Shown one piece after another: positions 53,439-62,236 of a DNA stretch of 64,000 nt. The DNA lies in the IMG/VR virus record IMGVR_UViG_3300025018_000101, positions 64,001 to 128,000 of that record. One strand, 5' to 3'. The notes under the pieces were generated by a model. It made no database searches. It saw only the letters and a list, made by a program, of their open reading frames with translations, and was not told the DNA's origin. Positions within the stretch are counted from its first letter, which is position 1. Every line of letters starts with the position of its first letter. The stretch comes from a virus. The position numbers and the translations under genes were made by a program.

Positions 53439-54652
53439 GGCCGCTCCGACCACATTTGCAGGAGCTGCAGCCACGCCTCCCAGAACTGTTGCGGCACGAT
53501 GCCGTTGCCGAGCGCGGTCAGTCGGGCGCGCCGAAAGCGCAGGGAGTTGGTGACGCGCGGCACCTGGGGCAATTCGATGGCCTCGCCGTTCAAGGCAGCG
53601 TGCCACTCGCCCATGACTTCGGCCAGGTCCAGCCCAGGGGCCAGCCCATCAGCCATTCCACCCAGAAGGGGTTCAAGTACCCCGCACGAGGGGTCGAATC
53701 TCCACCAGACACGACCTGCTCGCTGAGCGGCCGAGAGTTCTCCGCCATCGACGCCGGCGACGACCGGCCGCTCCGCCAGTCCCTCGCAGTCGGGGTCGCC
53801 CACACCGCCGTCGCCAGGCCCGTCCCGGAGTTCGACCCCGGCCTCGGCCGGTTGTAGCGCCCCTTGTCCGTCGTTGGCGTAGGCCAGACCGTCGTCGGCC
53901 GGTCCCACACCGCCTCGACCAGGTTCTGGCCGCCCTGGCGCCGCCGCGTGTACGGGCTCCGGTGGCCGTCCCTGGCCAGCGGCGTCGGCCACGGCGACGG
54001 CTCCGGACCTTTGCGCTTGCCCACGGGCCACTCCCCCCGCGAGGCCCTCGCGTCCAGGCTCAGCCTCGTCCTCTGGCCCTCGCGCCCCGCCTGACCACCT
54101 CTCGAGTTCCCGTAGGAGGAGGCCGTCGGCTTCGGGAGTGAAGGCGAGGAGGAAGAGGCGGTTGCGACGGTGCGGTGCTTCGACGTGCGAAGCTCCCACA
54201 ACCGTCCAGACCGCATCGTACCCCTCCCCGGCCAGCTCCCGGAGTATGACTCCGAAGTAGCCGTGCTTGGCTCCGAGGAGTCCCTGCACGTTTTCCAGCA
54301 GCACGACGGGTGGTCGAGCTTCGCGAATGACTTCCAGGAACGCCGGCCACCCATTGCGGGGGTCGTCGGCCGCGAGCTGCTTGCCAGCGACGCTGAACCC
54401 CTGGCAGGGTGGGGACCCGAAAACGACGTCAACCACGCCCCGAAGTCGTCGGCCGAAGTCTCCGAGGTTGAAATCGTTGATGTCAGCAAAGACGGGGGCG
54501 GCCCTGAGCCAACCATCTCCGATCCGCGCACGCAGCACCTCCTGGCAGAACTTGTCCCACTCGACGTAGCACAGGGGCTGCCAGTCGAGTACGTGCTGAA
54601 GGAAGAGGTCGCCCCCTCCAACACCCGAAAACAGCGACGCAACCCTTACCAT
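53426..54652 (-). CDS. DNA (cytosine-5) methyltransferase, large (alpha) polypeptide
   Basis: Motif I SLFSGVGG, IV GSPPCQGFS, VI LLENVQG, VIII PHRRNRLF, X RLTALGNGIVPQ. Confidence 0.93.
   Translation of the reverse strand: MVRVASLFSGVGGGDLFLQHVLDWQPLCYVEWDKFCQEVLRARIGDGWLRAAPVFADINDFNLGDFGRRLRGVVDVVFGSPPCQGFSVAGKQLAADDPRNGWPAFLEVIREARPPVVLLENVQGLLGAKHGYFGVILRELAGEGYDAVWTVVGASHVEAPHRRNRLFLLAFTPEADGLLLRELERWSGGARGPEDEAEPGREGLAGGVARGQAQRSGAVAVADAAGQGRPPEPVHAAAPGRPEPGRGGVGPADDGLAYANDGQGALQPAEAGVELRDGPGDGGVGDPDCEGLAERPVVAGVDGGELSAAQRAGRVWWRFDPSCGVLEPLLGGMADGLAPGLDLAEVMGEWHAALNGEAIELPQVPRVTNSLRFRRARLTALGNGIVPQQFWEAWLQLLQMWSERPCTD
53590..54216 (-). CDS. C5 methyltransferase small (beta) polypeptide nested in an alternative frame
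   Basis: GGAGG RBS before ATG 54216; repeated WPTP-type units; motif IX-like LNPFWVEWLMGWPLGWT. Confidence 0.8.
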   Translation of the reverse strand: MRSGRLWELRTSKHRTVATASSSSPSLPKPTASSYGNSRGGQAGREGQRTRLSLDARASRGEWPVGKRKGPEPSPWPTPLARDGHRSPYTRRRQGGQNLVEAVWDRPTTVWPTPTTDKGRYNRPRPGSNSGTGLATAVWATPTARDWRSGRSSPASMAENSRPLSEQVVSGGDSTPRAGYLNPFWVEWLMGWPLGWTWPKSWASGTLP

Positions 54653-54918
54653 GTCGCAGGGTCTCCGTGCTCGTCCTGGTACTCCCGCACGAGCTTCACT
54701 GCGTCGCCGCGCGTGGGGCTGCCGTGGTACATGGCTCGGACCTGCCCGCCGGGCGCCAGGATCGTGACGCTGTACGCCAGGTACAGTCCGCGGTCCTGTC
54801 GCCGGACGACGGCGACTCGGCGGCCGGCGTCCAGGACGTCCGTCAGCCCTGTCTTCTCGTCCCGGAGCTCCAGGCGGTAGCCCCCGTGCTCGGGTGCGTG
54901 AGGTCGATGGAAGTCCAT
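54646..54918 (-). CDS. Hypothetical protein
   Basis: TGATG coupling; 90 aa. Confidence 0.65.
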   Translation of the reverse strand: MDFHRPHAPEHGGYRLELRDEKTGLTDVLDAGRRVAVVRRQDRGLYLAYSVTILAPGGQVRAMYHGSPTRGDAVKLVREYQDEHGDPATW

Positions 54919-55127
54919 CAGTCGCTGCAGCCCGTCGGAGTCTGGGCCGCGACGGGGAACAGGCTGTTCAGGTAGGCCCCGGCCGGGCCAGGCGTCCCGC
55001 CGTTGAGCGCGGCGACGTACGCGAGCTGTCCCGACGGGCCGGAGTTGCTGACGTCCGACGCCCCGACCACGTCGTCCAGCGTGTAGCCCCGGCCCTCCGC
55101 CGAGGCTCGGGTCTCATCGTCGGTCAT
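54918..55127 (-). CDS. Hypothetical protein (69 aa)
   Basis: GGAGG RBS; ATGA overlap. Confidence 0.6.
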   Translation of the reverse strand: MTDDETRASAEGRGYTLDDVVGASDVSNSGPSGQLAYVAALNGGTPGPAGAYLNSLFPVAAQTPTGCSD

Positions 55128-55600
55128 GCGTCCTCCTCCTCGTGGTCGGCCGCCATGGCCGGCCGAATCCACCACCGCTCCCCCACCGCATCATGGTGCG
55201 AGCAGTTGATGTACAGGGTACGCCGGTGCGGCTTCGCCGTCACCCGCAGAATCAACTCGGTGCCCATCCGGCCGTCGCCGAGCGCCGAGTTCAGGAGCCT
55301 CCTGGCGTCCCGCTGGCGCGCGAGGAACTTCACTCCGCTGCGAGACCGCCAACCGGCTCCCTCCGCCTCGACGTGCCACTCAGGCACGTCGCCGCGCTTG
55401 TCCATCCAGGCCTGGATGGCCTCGTACAAGCACTCCCACTCGTAATTGGCGGCGTCACACACCTCGGCCTCGAGGTTCGACTCGAAGTCGGCGTCGCCCT
55501 CGACGCAGCCCGAGGCGTAGAGACCCTCAGTCGCCTGCTCGATGAGGTCGTCGACCCCCACGGTCCAGACCCAGCGGTCTGGGTGCACTTTCTTCGTCAT
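55124..55600 (-). CDS. Hypothetical protein
   Basis: 158-aa ORF in the operon. Confidence 0.7.
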   Translation of the reverse strand: MTKKVHPDRWVWTVGVDDLIEQATEGLYASGCVEGDADFESNLEAEVCDAANYEWECLYEAIQAWMDKRGDVPEWHVEAEGAGWRSRSGVKFLARQRDARRLLNSALGDGRMGTELILRVTAKPHRRTLYINCSHHDAVGERWWIRPAMAADHEEEDA

Positions 55601-55603
55601 CCG

Positions 55604-56236
55604 TCACTTCCCACATGCGGGGCACGCATGGCTCTGGAAGCCGGTGCCCAGACAGACCGCGCACACTTGCGGACGCCCCCCGTCACGCTCCGGCCGGTAG
55701 ACCACGCACGGCACGAGCCCCCGCGCGTGGAGGACGTCGGCCCGCTCCTGGGCCTCCGCGTACGTCCTGAGACGTTCGTACTCGACGATGTTGCCCGTCT
55801 TGTACATCACCCCGCCAGCGAGGGCGAGGTGCTCGCCGACGAGCTTCTGACGGTCGGGGTACCCGTAGGCCCAGCGGTCGGCCGCCGTGCGCAGGTCCTG
55901 AAGGGTCTCAGGGTCCGCGGGGGCCGCCTTCCACTCCGCCCGCATCTCGGCGAACTCGACGGTCGGTCGGGACTTCGCCTCCAGCCGGTACGCCCATGCG
56001 GTCGGCATCAGGCCACAGGGCAGTTCCCTCGGCGGCACGTCCTCGGGGATTTGCGCCTCCGGGCTGCCGTAGCTCGCCACCACGACCTGCCCGACGCTAC
56101 GGCTCGACATGTCGTGGTTGACGTAGACGGCCGCGCCGTCCCCTCGGGCCCACCACTTCTCGATCATGCTCCGAGACCTCGCGTCGAGGTCTCCACAGAC
56201 CTCGTCGAACGGCTGGAGCTGCACGACATCAGACAT
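55604..56236 (-). CDS. Hypothetical protein with C-terminal CxxC...CxxC
   Basis: GGAGG RBS; CAVC...CPAC. Confidence 0.7.
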   Translation of the reverse strand: MSDVVQLQPFDEVCGDLDARSRSMIEKWWARGDGAAVYVNHDMSSRSVGQVVVASYGSPEAQIPEDVPPRELPCGLMPTAWAYRLEAKSRPTVEFAEMRAEWKAAPADPETLQDLRTAADRWAYGYPDRQKLVGEHLALAGGVMYKTGNIVEYERLRTYAEAQERADVLHARGLVPCVVYRPERDGGRPQVCAVCLGTGFQSHACPACGK

Positions 56237-56912
56237 CAGGCACCTCCTCATGCACGCCTCGGGAAGCCGCCCTCACCCTTGCCCCGATCCCCTGGATGGC
56301 GAACGGCAGGGAGTCAGGCCATGGCCTCCCGGAGTAGCGGCAGACCTGGATAAGGCACGCCGGGTCAGGGGACCCGTCGTCGGAGTACACCCTGCGAAGC
56401 CCGGCACACGCCAGCCAGTCGAACTTGTCCTCGACACCGCAGGAGTCGATCCCGCAGTCATCGATCAGCAGGACGTTGGACTCCGGCGCCCATGCAGGCT
56501 TGTGCTCCCCGACCGGAGTCGGTTCTTGAGTCGAATGCACCGCCGCGAACAGCGTCGTCAGGCCGAACGCCTTGAGCGTGGCCTCGGCGTAGGGCAGGGT
56601 CGCGGAGGTCAGCAGCCTGACTTCCCCGAAGGTAGCAGCGCGCTTGAGCATGTGTCGGGCGCCGGGGCGAAGGAGGGCACAGTACTCCTGCGGGCCCACC
56701 GAGGAGGCGTGCATGATGCGCGTTGACGTCCACGCGCCATCGTTGCAGCAGACCCCCAGCATGTAGTCGACCCAGTCCTCCGGCCGCCATGACGCCCGAG
56801 GGCTCGACGGCGAGGGGCTCCTCCCGTCGACCCCGGAGGCGGGCACCTGGTAGGCCAGCGTGTGGTCCAGGTCGAAGAAGATGACCCAGGGCTCGTTTGG
56901 CGAATGTGGCAT
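56229..56912 (-). CDS. HAD-superfamily phosphatase, FCP1/NIF-like
   Basis: IFFDLDHTL, LRPGARHML, LLTSATLPYA, VLLIDD. Confidence 0.8.
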   Translation of the reverse strand: MPHSPNEPWVIFFDLDHTLAYQVPASGVDGRSPSPSSPRASWRPEDWVDYMLGVCCNDGAWTSTRIMHASSVGPQEYCALLRPGARHMLKRAATFGEVRLLTSATLPYAEATLKAFGLTTLFAAVHSTQEPTPVGEHKPAWAPESNVLLIDDCGIDSCGVEDKFDWLACAGLRRVYSDDGSPDPACLIQVCRYSGRPWPDSLPFAIQGIGARVRAASRGVHEEVPDV

Positions 56913-56913
56913 G

Positions 56914-57348
56914 TCAGTACTCCGCAGCGGTGACCGGCGACGTCGTCATCGCCTCGGCGATGTCGTAGATGTCCCCGAGGTTGATCCACTCGACCCGGCC
57001 ATCCCACGCGATGGCCCTGGCGTGACCGCGGACGTAGCGACGGCCATCGCGGCCCGCGGCCATGCAGACCGCGACTTCACCCTCGGCCAGGTGCGCGAGG
57101 AAGAACGCGTCGATGTCGAACTCGACCTCCTCGACGCCCCCGTACGCATCAGGCTCGTCGCCGTCAGGGGCCCTGGGGACTTCGATCGAGCTCGGCCAGC
57201 CCTCGTCGGCCGAGATGGCGTAGCGCGTCTCCCCGAACGCGTCGACGCGCTTGTGGACGTTGAACCCGGCCCTTTGGGCGCCGGAGTGGAAGTCGCTAGG
57301 GTCCTTGACCCTGACGTAGTTGGATCGCGCGAACTCCTCGTAGTTCAC
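56914..57348 (-). CDS. Hypothetical protein
   Basis: GAGGAG RBS; GTGA overlap. Confidence 0.75.
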   Translation of the reverse strand: MNYEEFARSNYVRVKDPSDFHSGAQRAGFNVHKRVDAFGETRYAISADEGWPSSIEVPRAPDGDEPDAYGGVEEVEFDIDAFFLAHLAEGEVAVCMAAGRDGRRYVRGHARAIAWDGRVEWINLGDIYDIAEAMTTSPVTAAEY

Positions 57349-57842
57349 GCGGACTCCTCCACGCGGGTCGCCCCGACGTCGTAGGTCGCGCGGGCCGCTC
57401 GCTTCATGAGCTGGTCACCGAAGACCGTCGAGTACGTCGGTGATTTGTGGACGCAGTCGAGCAGCGCCCAGTGCACCCGGACTCGTGAGAGGTCGGTGTC
57501 CCTGAGCGCCTCGGCGCTCAGGGACGCGATCACCCAGGTGGGCGTAGCGCCGTAGTAACCCACCGCCGTGACCTCCAGCACGACCGACCAGCCGTCCTCG
57601 GTGGGCATGATCGACCACTTCCACGGCCACCGAAGCGCCTGGGCGATGAGCAGCAGGCGGAGGTACCTCGGGTCGTCCGGGTCGACCAGCGGCGAAGTCG
57701 CCATCATCTCCGCCACCACGACCGCCGTCGTTCCTGGCGTCGCGACGTGTGACGCCTGCGCGATGCGCGTCCTGAACTCGCGGCGCGCCGCCACGTCGCG
57801 CGCGCTCGCCGCGCGCGACTTGTCTTTCACCGTATCGAACAT
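57345..57842 (-). CDS. Hypothetical protein
   Basis: 165-aa ORF heading the - strand operon. Confidence 0.7.
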   Translation of the reverse strand: MFDTVKDKSRAASARDVAARREFRTRIAQASHVATPGTTAVVVAEMMATSPLVDPDDPRYLRLLLIAQALRWPWKWSIMPTEDGWSVVLEVTAVGYYGATPTWVIASLSAEALRDTDLSRVRVHWALLDCVHKSPTYSTVFGDQLMKRAARATYDVGATRVEESA

Positions 57843-57924
57843 CCTCCTATCCTCTCCATGTCATCGGTGTGCGTGACGTGATACCCTCGACAAGGCCATC
57901 GACCGCTCCCACAGGAGGCAAGCC

Positions 57925-58497
57925 ATGGACTTCGTGGTCGCCACGTTCTACACCTCGTTCACCTGGGCCGCCGCAGCGGTCCTGGTAGTCTCAGCGCTCA
58001 TCGCTGGCACGCTCGTTCGCCTGGTGCGAGACACCGAGCGGAACGTGCGCGCATCGAAGCGGTCCCAGTCGTCGCCCTACACTCGGATCCTGCTGCGCGT
58101 GCTCGCGACGCTCCTTGGCATGATGGCGGGACCGGCCGTCAGCATGGGCTTGAGCGAGATCCCATCGGTGATGACCGACGGGATGAAGACGCCGTACGCA
58201 GGCCCAGGGCTCTACCTGTCGATGCTGCTGGGGTTCTTCGGCGGCCTGATGTTCACGATGATCATCGCGGCCGCAAAGGGACACCTCGCCAGGAACCCGT
58301 CGACGGCACCCTTTGCGGCCCTGCTGCCGACCATCGAGGACACCGACGCCCTCGACCGGGGCGAGATCAATCGCATGCTCATGGCCGACGAGGCTGGCCG
58401 GAGGGGCCTGCCGGCACCGAGCAGCGTCGAGTCAGGCGAGTCCGCCGATACGTCAGCGACCGACGGAGTGGGGCCCGACGACGGGGACGACGTCTGA
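57925..58497 (+). CDS. Membrane protein with three predicted TM helices (holin candidate)
   Basis: AGGAGG RBS; three hydrophobic segments; acidic tail. Confidence 0.7.
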   Translation: MDFVVATFYTSFTWAAAAVLVVSALIAGTLVRLVRDTERNVRASKRSQSSPYTRILLRVLATLLGMMAGPAVSMGLSEIPSVMTDGMKTPYAGPGLYLSMLLGFFGGLMFTMIIAAAKGHLARNPSTAPFAALLPTIEDTDALDRGEINRMLMADEAGRRGLPAPSSVESGESADTSATDGVGPDDGDDV

Positions 58498-59643
58498 CGG
58501 GTCGCCAAACGGGGCCTTCGGGTGCCCGCTCCTGCGCTTGCTCGTGGGGGGCGCCACTTGCGCGGGCTCGGCCGCCGTGTCCTCGGCCGGCTCCTCCGGC
58601 TCCTCCGAGCAGCTCAAGGGCAGCTCCATCGACTCGACCTCGCCGAGGACCGGCGAGATGGACCCAGGCGCTACCAGCAGCGCGTCGAGCCTGGCGTTGA
58701 GGATGACGAAGCCCGCGGCCGTGCGGTGGCCGCCGCCGCCATGGGCCGCGGCGACCTCCGTCAGGTCGACGGTACCGTCGTCCGTACGCGCCCGGAGAGA
58801 GACCCGGGAGAGACCCGGGCCCACGCCCCGCACGACCACGGCGACGCCCGCCTCCGGGAAGGCGTCGAGGAGCGCGGAGGCCACCTCGCTGTGCAGGTAG
58901 GACGCGCTCACCACGCGCGCAGGCAGCGTGGCGACCGTCGCACCGCCGTCGAGCGTGTACGCCAGGCCGGCCTCCCAGCTCGACTCGACGGCCGCACGGC
59001 ATGCGGCCGCACGGGACATCGCCCAGGGGTCGAGCAGGCGCTCGAGTTCCGTGCGCGCCGAGATGTCCCACGTCGACGCACCGAGAATCCGGTTGAGCCG
59101 CTCCCAGGTCGTCGCCGTGATGGTCTCGGCGTAGAGCCACGCGTTGACGTCCTTCGACCGCCACAGCCTGTGCTGCCACGAGTCGTGGTCGTCGACGTAG
59201 GCCACGACCGGAGGCAAGGGCACGGTCGCGTGCGTGGCACGCCAGACGAGCAGCGCCGCCGAAGACGCCTGCTCGTTGTGGATGACCGTACACTGCGCGC
59301 CACCAGGCAGAGACCTCCGACTGACGAGCGTAGCCTCGCGGCTCGCCCATCGGTGGTGGTCGAAGATGGTCACAGGCTCTCGCAGGAGGGCCTTGTCGCC
59401 CACGAGCTCTTCGTCCGAGGGACGGCAGTCCACGAACGCGAACTCCCGCGAGGCCGGGTCGTGCTCGAACGCCTCCACCCGGGTCAGGTAGTGGGGGGTA
59501 CCGGGCTCCCGACCCCACGGGACGAGCACGCAGCGCAGTCCCACGCGGGACAGGTGCATGCTCAGCACGGTCGCGGCGCACTGGCCGTCGTTGTCGGTGT
59601 CGTGGATGATGAAGACGGCCTTCTCAGGCTTGGGGTCGGTCAT
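58453..59643 (-). CDS. DHH/DHHA1 family phosphoesterase
   Basis: IIHDTDNDGQCAA, FVDC, IFDHH, DDHDSW, VSLRA, HGGGGHRTAAGF; AGGAG RBS. Confidence 0.9.
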   Translation of the reverse strand: MTDPKPEKAVFIIHDTDNDGQCAATVLSMHLSRVGLRCVLVPWGREPGTPHYLTRVEAFEHDPASREFAFVDCRPSDEELVGDKALLREPVTIFDHHRWASREATLVSRRSLPGGAQCTVIHNEQASSAALLVWRATHATVPLPPVVAYVDDHDSWQHRLWRSKDVNAWLYAETITATTWERLNRILGASTWDISARTELERLLDPWAMSRAAACRAAVESSWEAGLAYTLDGGATVATLPARVVSASYLHSEVASALLDAFPEAGVAVVVRGVGPGLSRVSLRARTDDGTVDLTEVAAAHGGGGHRTAAGFVILNARLDALLVAPGSISPVLGEVESMELPLSCSEEPEEPAEDTAAEPAQVAPPTSKRRSGHPKAPFGDPSDVVPVVGPHSVGR

Positions 59644-59894
59644 TGGATGCTCCTGTCGATCTTGATGCGCTCGAGGCTCCGCTTGAGCGTGTGGAAGCTC
59701 GCGAACGCCGTTCGCGGCAGGAGGAGCGTTGAGCTCGTGGCGGACGCAGTGCCGCTGCCAGACACCACCAGGATGAAGTGGTTCAGGAATGGCCGGACGG
59801 CACGTGCGTGCTCCCGGCTCCTGCTCGTCATCGCGGTGATCATGGCCTGTTCCCGCGTCGTGTCCGAGACGAACTCCAGGCAATATAGCGCCAT
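59640..59894 (-). CDS. Hypothetical protein (84 aa)
   Basis: GGAGG RBS; overlaps at both ends. Confidence 0.6.
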   Translation of the reverse strand: MALYCLEFVSDTTREQAMITAMTSRSREHARAVRPFLNHFILVVSGSGTASATSSTLLLPRTAFASFHTLKRSLERIKIDRSIQ

Positions 59895-60427
59895 CAAGCG
59901 CCTCCACCGACGAAGAGAGGCCCAAGCGGGGTCGAGGCCACCAGCGCAGGGTGCCCCTTGAACACGTGGCGCTTGCGCCGGACGTGCGGTCCCTGAATCG
60001 TGGACACGATCCCCGGGAACAGGTCGCCTGAGGGTCCGACCCAGCGTTTGGCGACAGCGACGCGCAGGTCGGGATCGCCCTGCCATGACGGCTCGGTTGC
60101 CGTGTACAGCGACAGGGAGTACTTGCCGTCGCGGCGGAATTCGATGTCCCCCGCTCCGACCACGTAGTGCTCCGCCCCGTCCAGGGACGCCACCGCGCCC
60201 AACCACTCGATGAACTGCGCGAGCTCTGAGGGCACGTACCTCGGATGTCGGATGCGCGCCTTGAACTCGAAGACCCGAGCGGCGGCCAGGTCGACAGGCC
60301 CGAGAACGGACACGCCTCGCCCCAGCATGTAGGGCGCTGTCGGGTCCGAGTCGTCGCCGTCGTCCGGTCGCTGGTAGCGTGAGTCCTCGTCGAAGAACGA
60401 CCAGGGTTTTCCGCCGGGCTCAGCCAT
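59894..60427 (-). CDS. Hypothetical protein
   Basis: 177 aa; coupled to neighbours. Confidence 0.7.
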   Translation of the reverse strand: MAEPGGKPWSFFDEDSRYQRPDDGDDSDPTAPYMLGRGVSVLGPVDLAAARVFEFKARIRHPRYVPSELAQFIEWLGAVASLDGAEHYVVGAGDIEFRRDGKYSLSLYTATEPSWQGDPDLRVAVAKRWVGPSGDLFPGIVSTIQGPHVRRKRHVFKGHPALVASTPLGPLFVGGGA

Positions 60428-60995
60428 GGAGCTCCAGCATGCAGCCCGCTCCCTGGCACTTCGAAGTGACGGCCGTGGCCGACAGAATGCGCGAGACCTC
60501 CAGCCACCCTACCTTGCCTTCGAAGATGAGCTTGAAGGCGGCGAGCGACCGGGCCGCACGGGCGTCCCGACACACGACGTTGAAGTTCTCGACGGCCGTG
60601 CCGTCCGGGAAGCGTACCTCGGCCTGCGTCAGCTCCGACACCTGCCGCGATGGCGAGTACAGCGTCCACGCGGCCACACCGAGTGCGTCCGCCAGGGCGT
60701 CGAGTTCCTTCATCGTGAGCTCTTGCCCGCGGCCGTCGAGCAGCGCCTGGACGCGCCGAGGGTCAGGCGTGACGGACAGTCCCGTGGTTGTCGACAGGCG
60801 CTCCGCCCATCGCTCGGCGACCCAGGAGGCGCTGCACCCCTGGTCGTGCATCAGCGACCCAACTCGCTTCTGCAGCTTCTTCATGGTGACGACGGCGAGG
60901 CCGAACCGACGCAGCTTCGCGCCGGCGACCTTGACCGCGTCCGATTGAGAGAGGACGCCCCGCAACTGCGGGGCGTCCGGAACGTAGACGATCAT
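60420..60995 (-). CDS. XRE/Cro-like helix-turn-helix protein
   Basis: RVGSLMHDQGCSASWVAE...VQALLDGRGQELTMKELDALADALGV. Confidence 0.6.
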   Translation of the reverse strand: MIVYVPDAPQLRGVLSQSDAVKVAGAKLRRFGLAVVTMKKLQKRVGSLMHDQGCSASWVAERWAERLSTTTGLSVTPDPRRVQALLDGRGQELTMKELDALADALGVAAWTLYSPSRQVSELTQAEVRFPDGTAVENFNVVCRDARAARSLAAFKLIFEGKVGWLEVSRILSATAVTSKCQGAGCMLELHG

Positions 60996-61000
60996 CCTGA

Positions 61001-61201
61001 TCAGCCTCCTTCCTCGAGGGTTGAAGCGGTCATCCGACCGCAGACGGCGCAGGTGCCACACGGCAACCGAGCCGGGCGCTGGCACGAGCACGGCCGCGAG
61101 CAGCGGCGGCGCTTGACGATGACGACGACCTCCACGGGCACGTCGCCGCCCAGGGCCCCACATCGGGATTCGGGATGAAGACGGGCACGCTCTTTTACCA
61201 A
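61001..61201 (-). CDS. Small Cys-rich protein (66 aa)
   Basis: GGAGG before TTG; CSC...CGTCAVC; fills the gap. Confidence 0.4.
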   Translation of the reverse strand: MVKERARLHPESRCGALGGDVPVEVVVIVKRRRCSRPCSCQRPARLPCGTCAVCGRMTASTLEEGG

Positions 61202-61530
61202 CGCGGAGCCTCCTCGGTGGAGACGGCCGCCGGAGAGAAGCCCCCGATCAACAGGGGCTGAAGCAGCTTCCACGCCTTCAGGACGCTCATCGCGCGCGGG
61301 TCGTCGCCCTGCCGGAACTCCACGGTCTGGTCCGACTTCTTGTAGGTGATGGAGGCGTGGAAGAAGCCCGCCCCCACACCGTCGCGACCCTGGTACTCGA
61401 TGCGTGACGGCGCCTCGGAGTCCTCGACGGCCAGGCACCACGGGTGCTCGGAGGACGCCGGGTAGCGGTAGGCCTGGCGCACGATCGCTCGCCAGGCGCG
61501 GGCGTCGACCTTGCGGAGATACATGATCAT
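61195..61530 (-). CDS. Hypothetical protein
   Basis: GGAG RBS before ATG 61530. Confidence 0.65.
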   Translation of the reverse strand: MIMYLRKVDARAWRAIVRQAYRYPASSEHPWCLAVEDSEAPSRIEYQGRDGVGAGFFHASITYKKSDQTVEFRQGDDPRAMSVLKAWKLLQPLLIGGFSPAAVSTEEAPRW

Positions 61531-61539
61531 GGGTATGCT
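61511..61539 (+). promoter_or_regulatory. Sigma70-like promoter TTGCGG-N17-TATGCT
   Basis: About 60 nt upstream of ATG 61601; same family as the structural-gene promoters. Confidence 0.55.
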
Positions 61540-61600
61540 CCGGGGCATAGCGGGGGCGAAACACTCGACCCCGACGAACAGTCTACCCCCGGAGTCCAAC

Positions 61601-62236
61601 ATGTCGCAAGACCCGCCCGTCAGCGAGGGCCGCGCCGCCTTCACCAACTTCATGAAGGGCGGCGGACCGTTCGCCGCCCGTGACACCGTGCCCGGAGTCC
61701 CGGTCGAGACGACCGAGCCAGCGCGCACCCCCGCGCAGATGGAGGTCGACCGCCTGTCGGCCGAGATTGCCTCCCACGAGAGGGAGGCCGCGGACGTCAA
61801 GAACCGGGAGGCGGCATGGCTTGATGCGCTCAGCGCGGTGGGTCTGACGGCCTCCGAGGCCATCGCTATCCAGGACAGCGTCCTGCTCATGGGCCAGCTC
61901 TACACCCAGACGGTGCGGCTCTGGGACAAAGTGGACGTGACGTTCACCATGCGCCGCAGCCAGAGCGGGTTCACCCTGTCGGAGCTCCTCGAGGACAAGC
62001 GCCCCTGGGCGCAGGCGTCCTTCAACTTGATGGTGGCGCAGTCGAACCTGCTCCACTCGCTCAAGGACTACGGCGGCCGCCACTTCGACCCATCTACCCC
62101 GGACGGCAGGGCGGCGACCAACGCGTTCCTGCAGAACGTGCCTGACGTGGTGTACAACCGCCTCGTCGACGCGCTCGCGGCTTTCGACCAGCGCGTCTCG
62201 GTCATATTCGCGCCTGGGAGCGTCCGGGATTTCTGA
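61601..62236 (+). CDS. Putative tail assembly chaperone (gpG-like, short form)
   Basis: GGAG RBS; FLQNVPDVVYNRLVDALAAFDQRV...DF*; ends in G GAT TTC TGA. Confidence 0.6.
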   Translation: MSQDPPVSEGRAAFTNFMKGGGPFAARDTVPGVPVETTEPARTPAQMEVDRLSAEIASHEREAADVKNREAAWLDALSAVGLTASEAIAIQDSVLLMGQLYTQTVRLWDKVDVTFTMRRSQSGFTLSELLEDKRPWAQASFNLMVAQSNLLHSLKDYGGRHFDPSTPDGRAATNAFLQNVPDVVYNRLVDALAAFDQRVSVIFAPGSVRDF

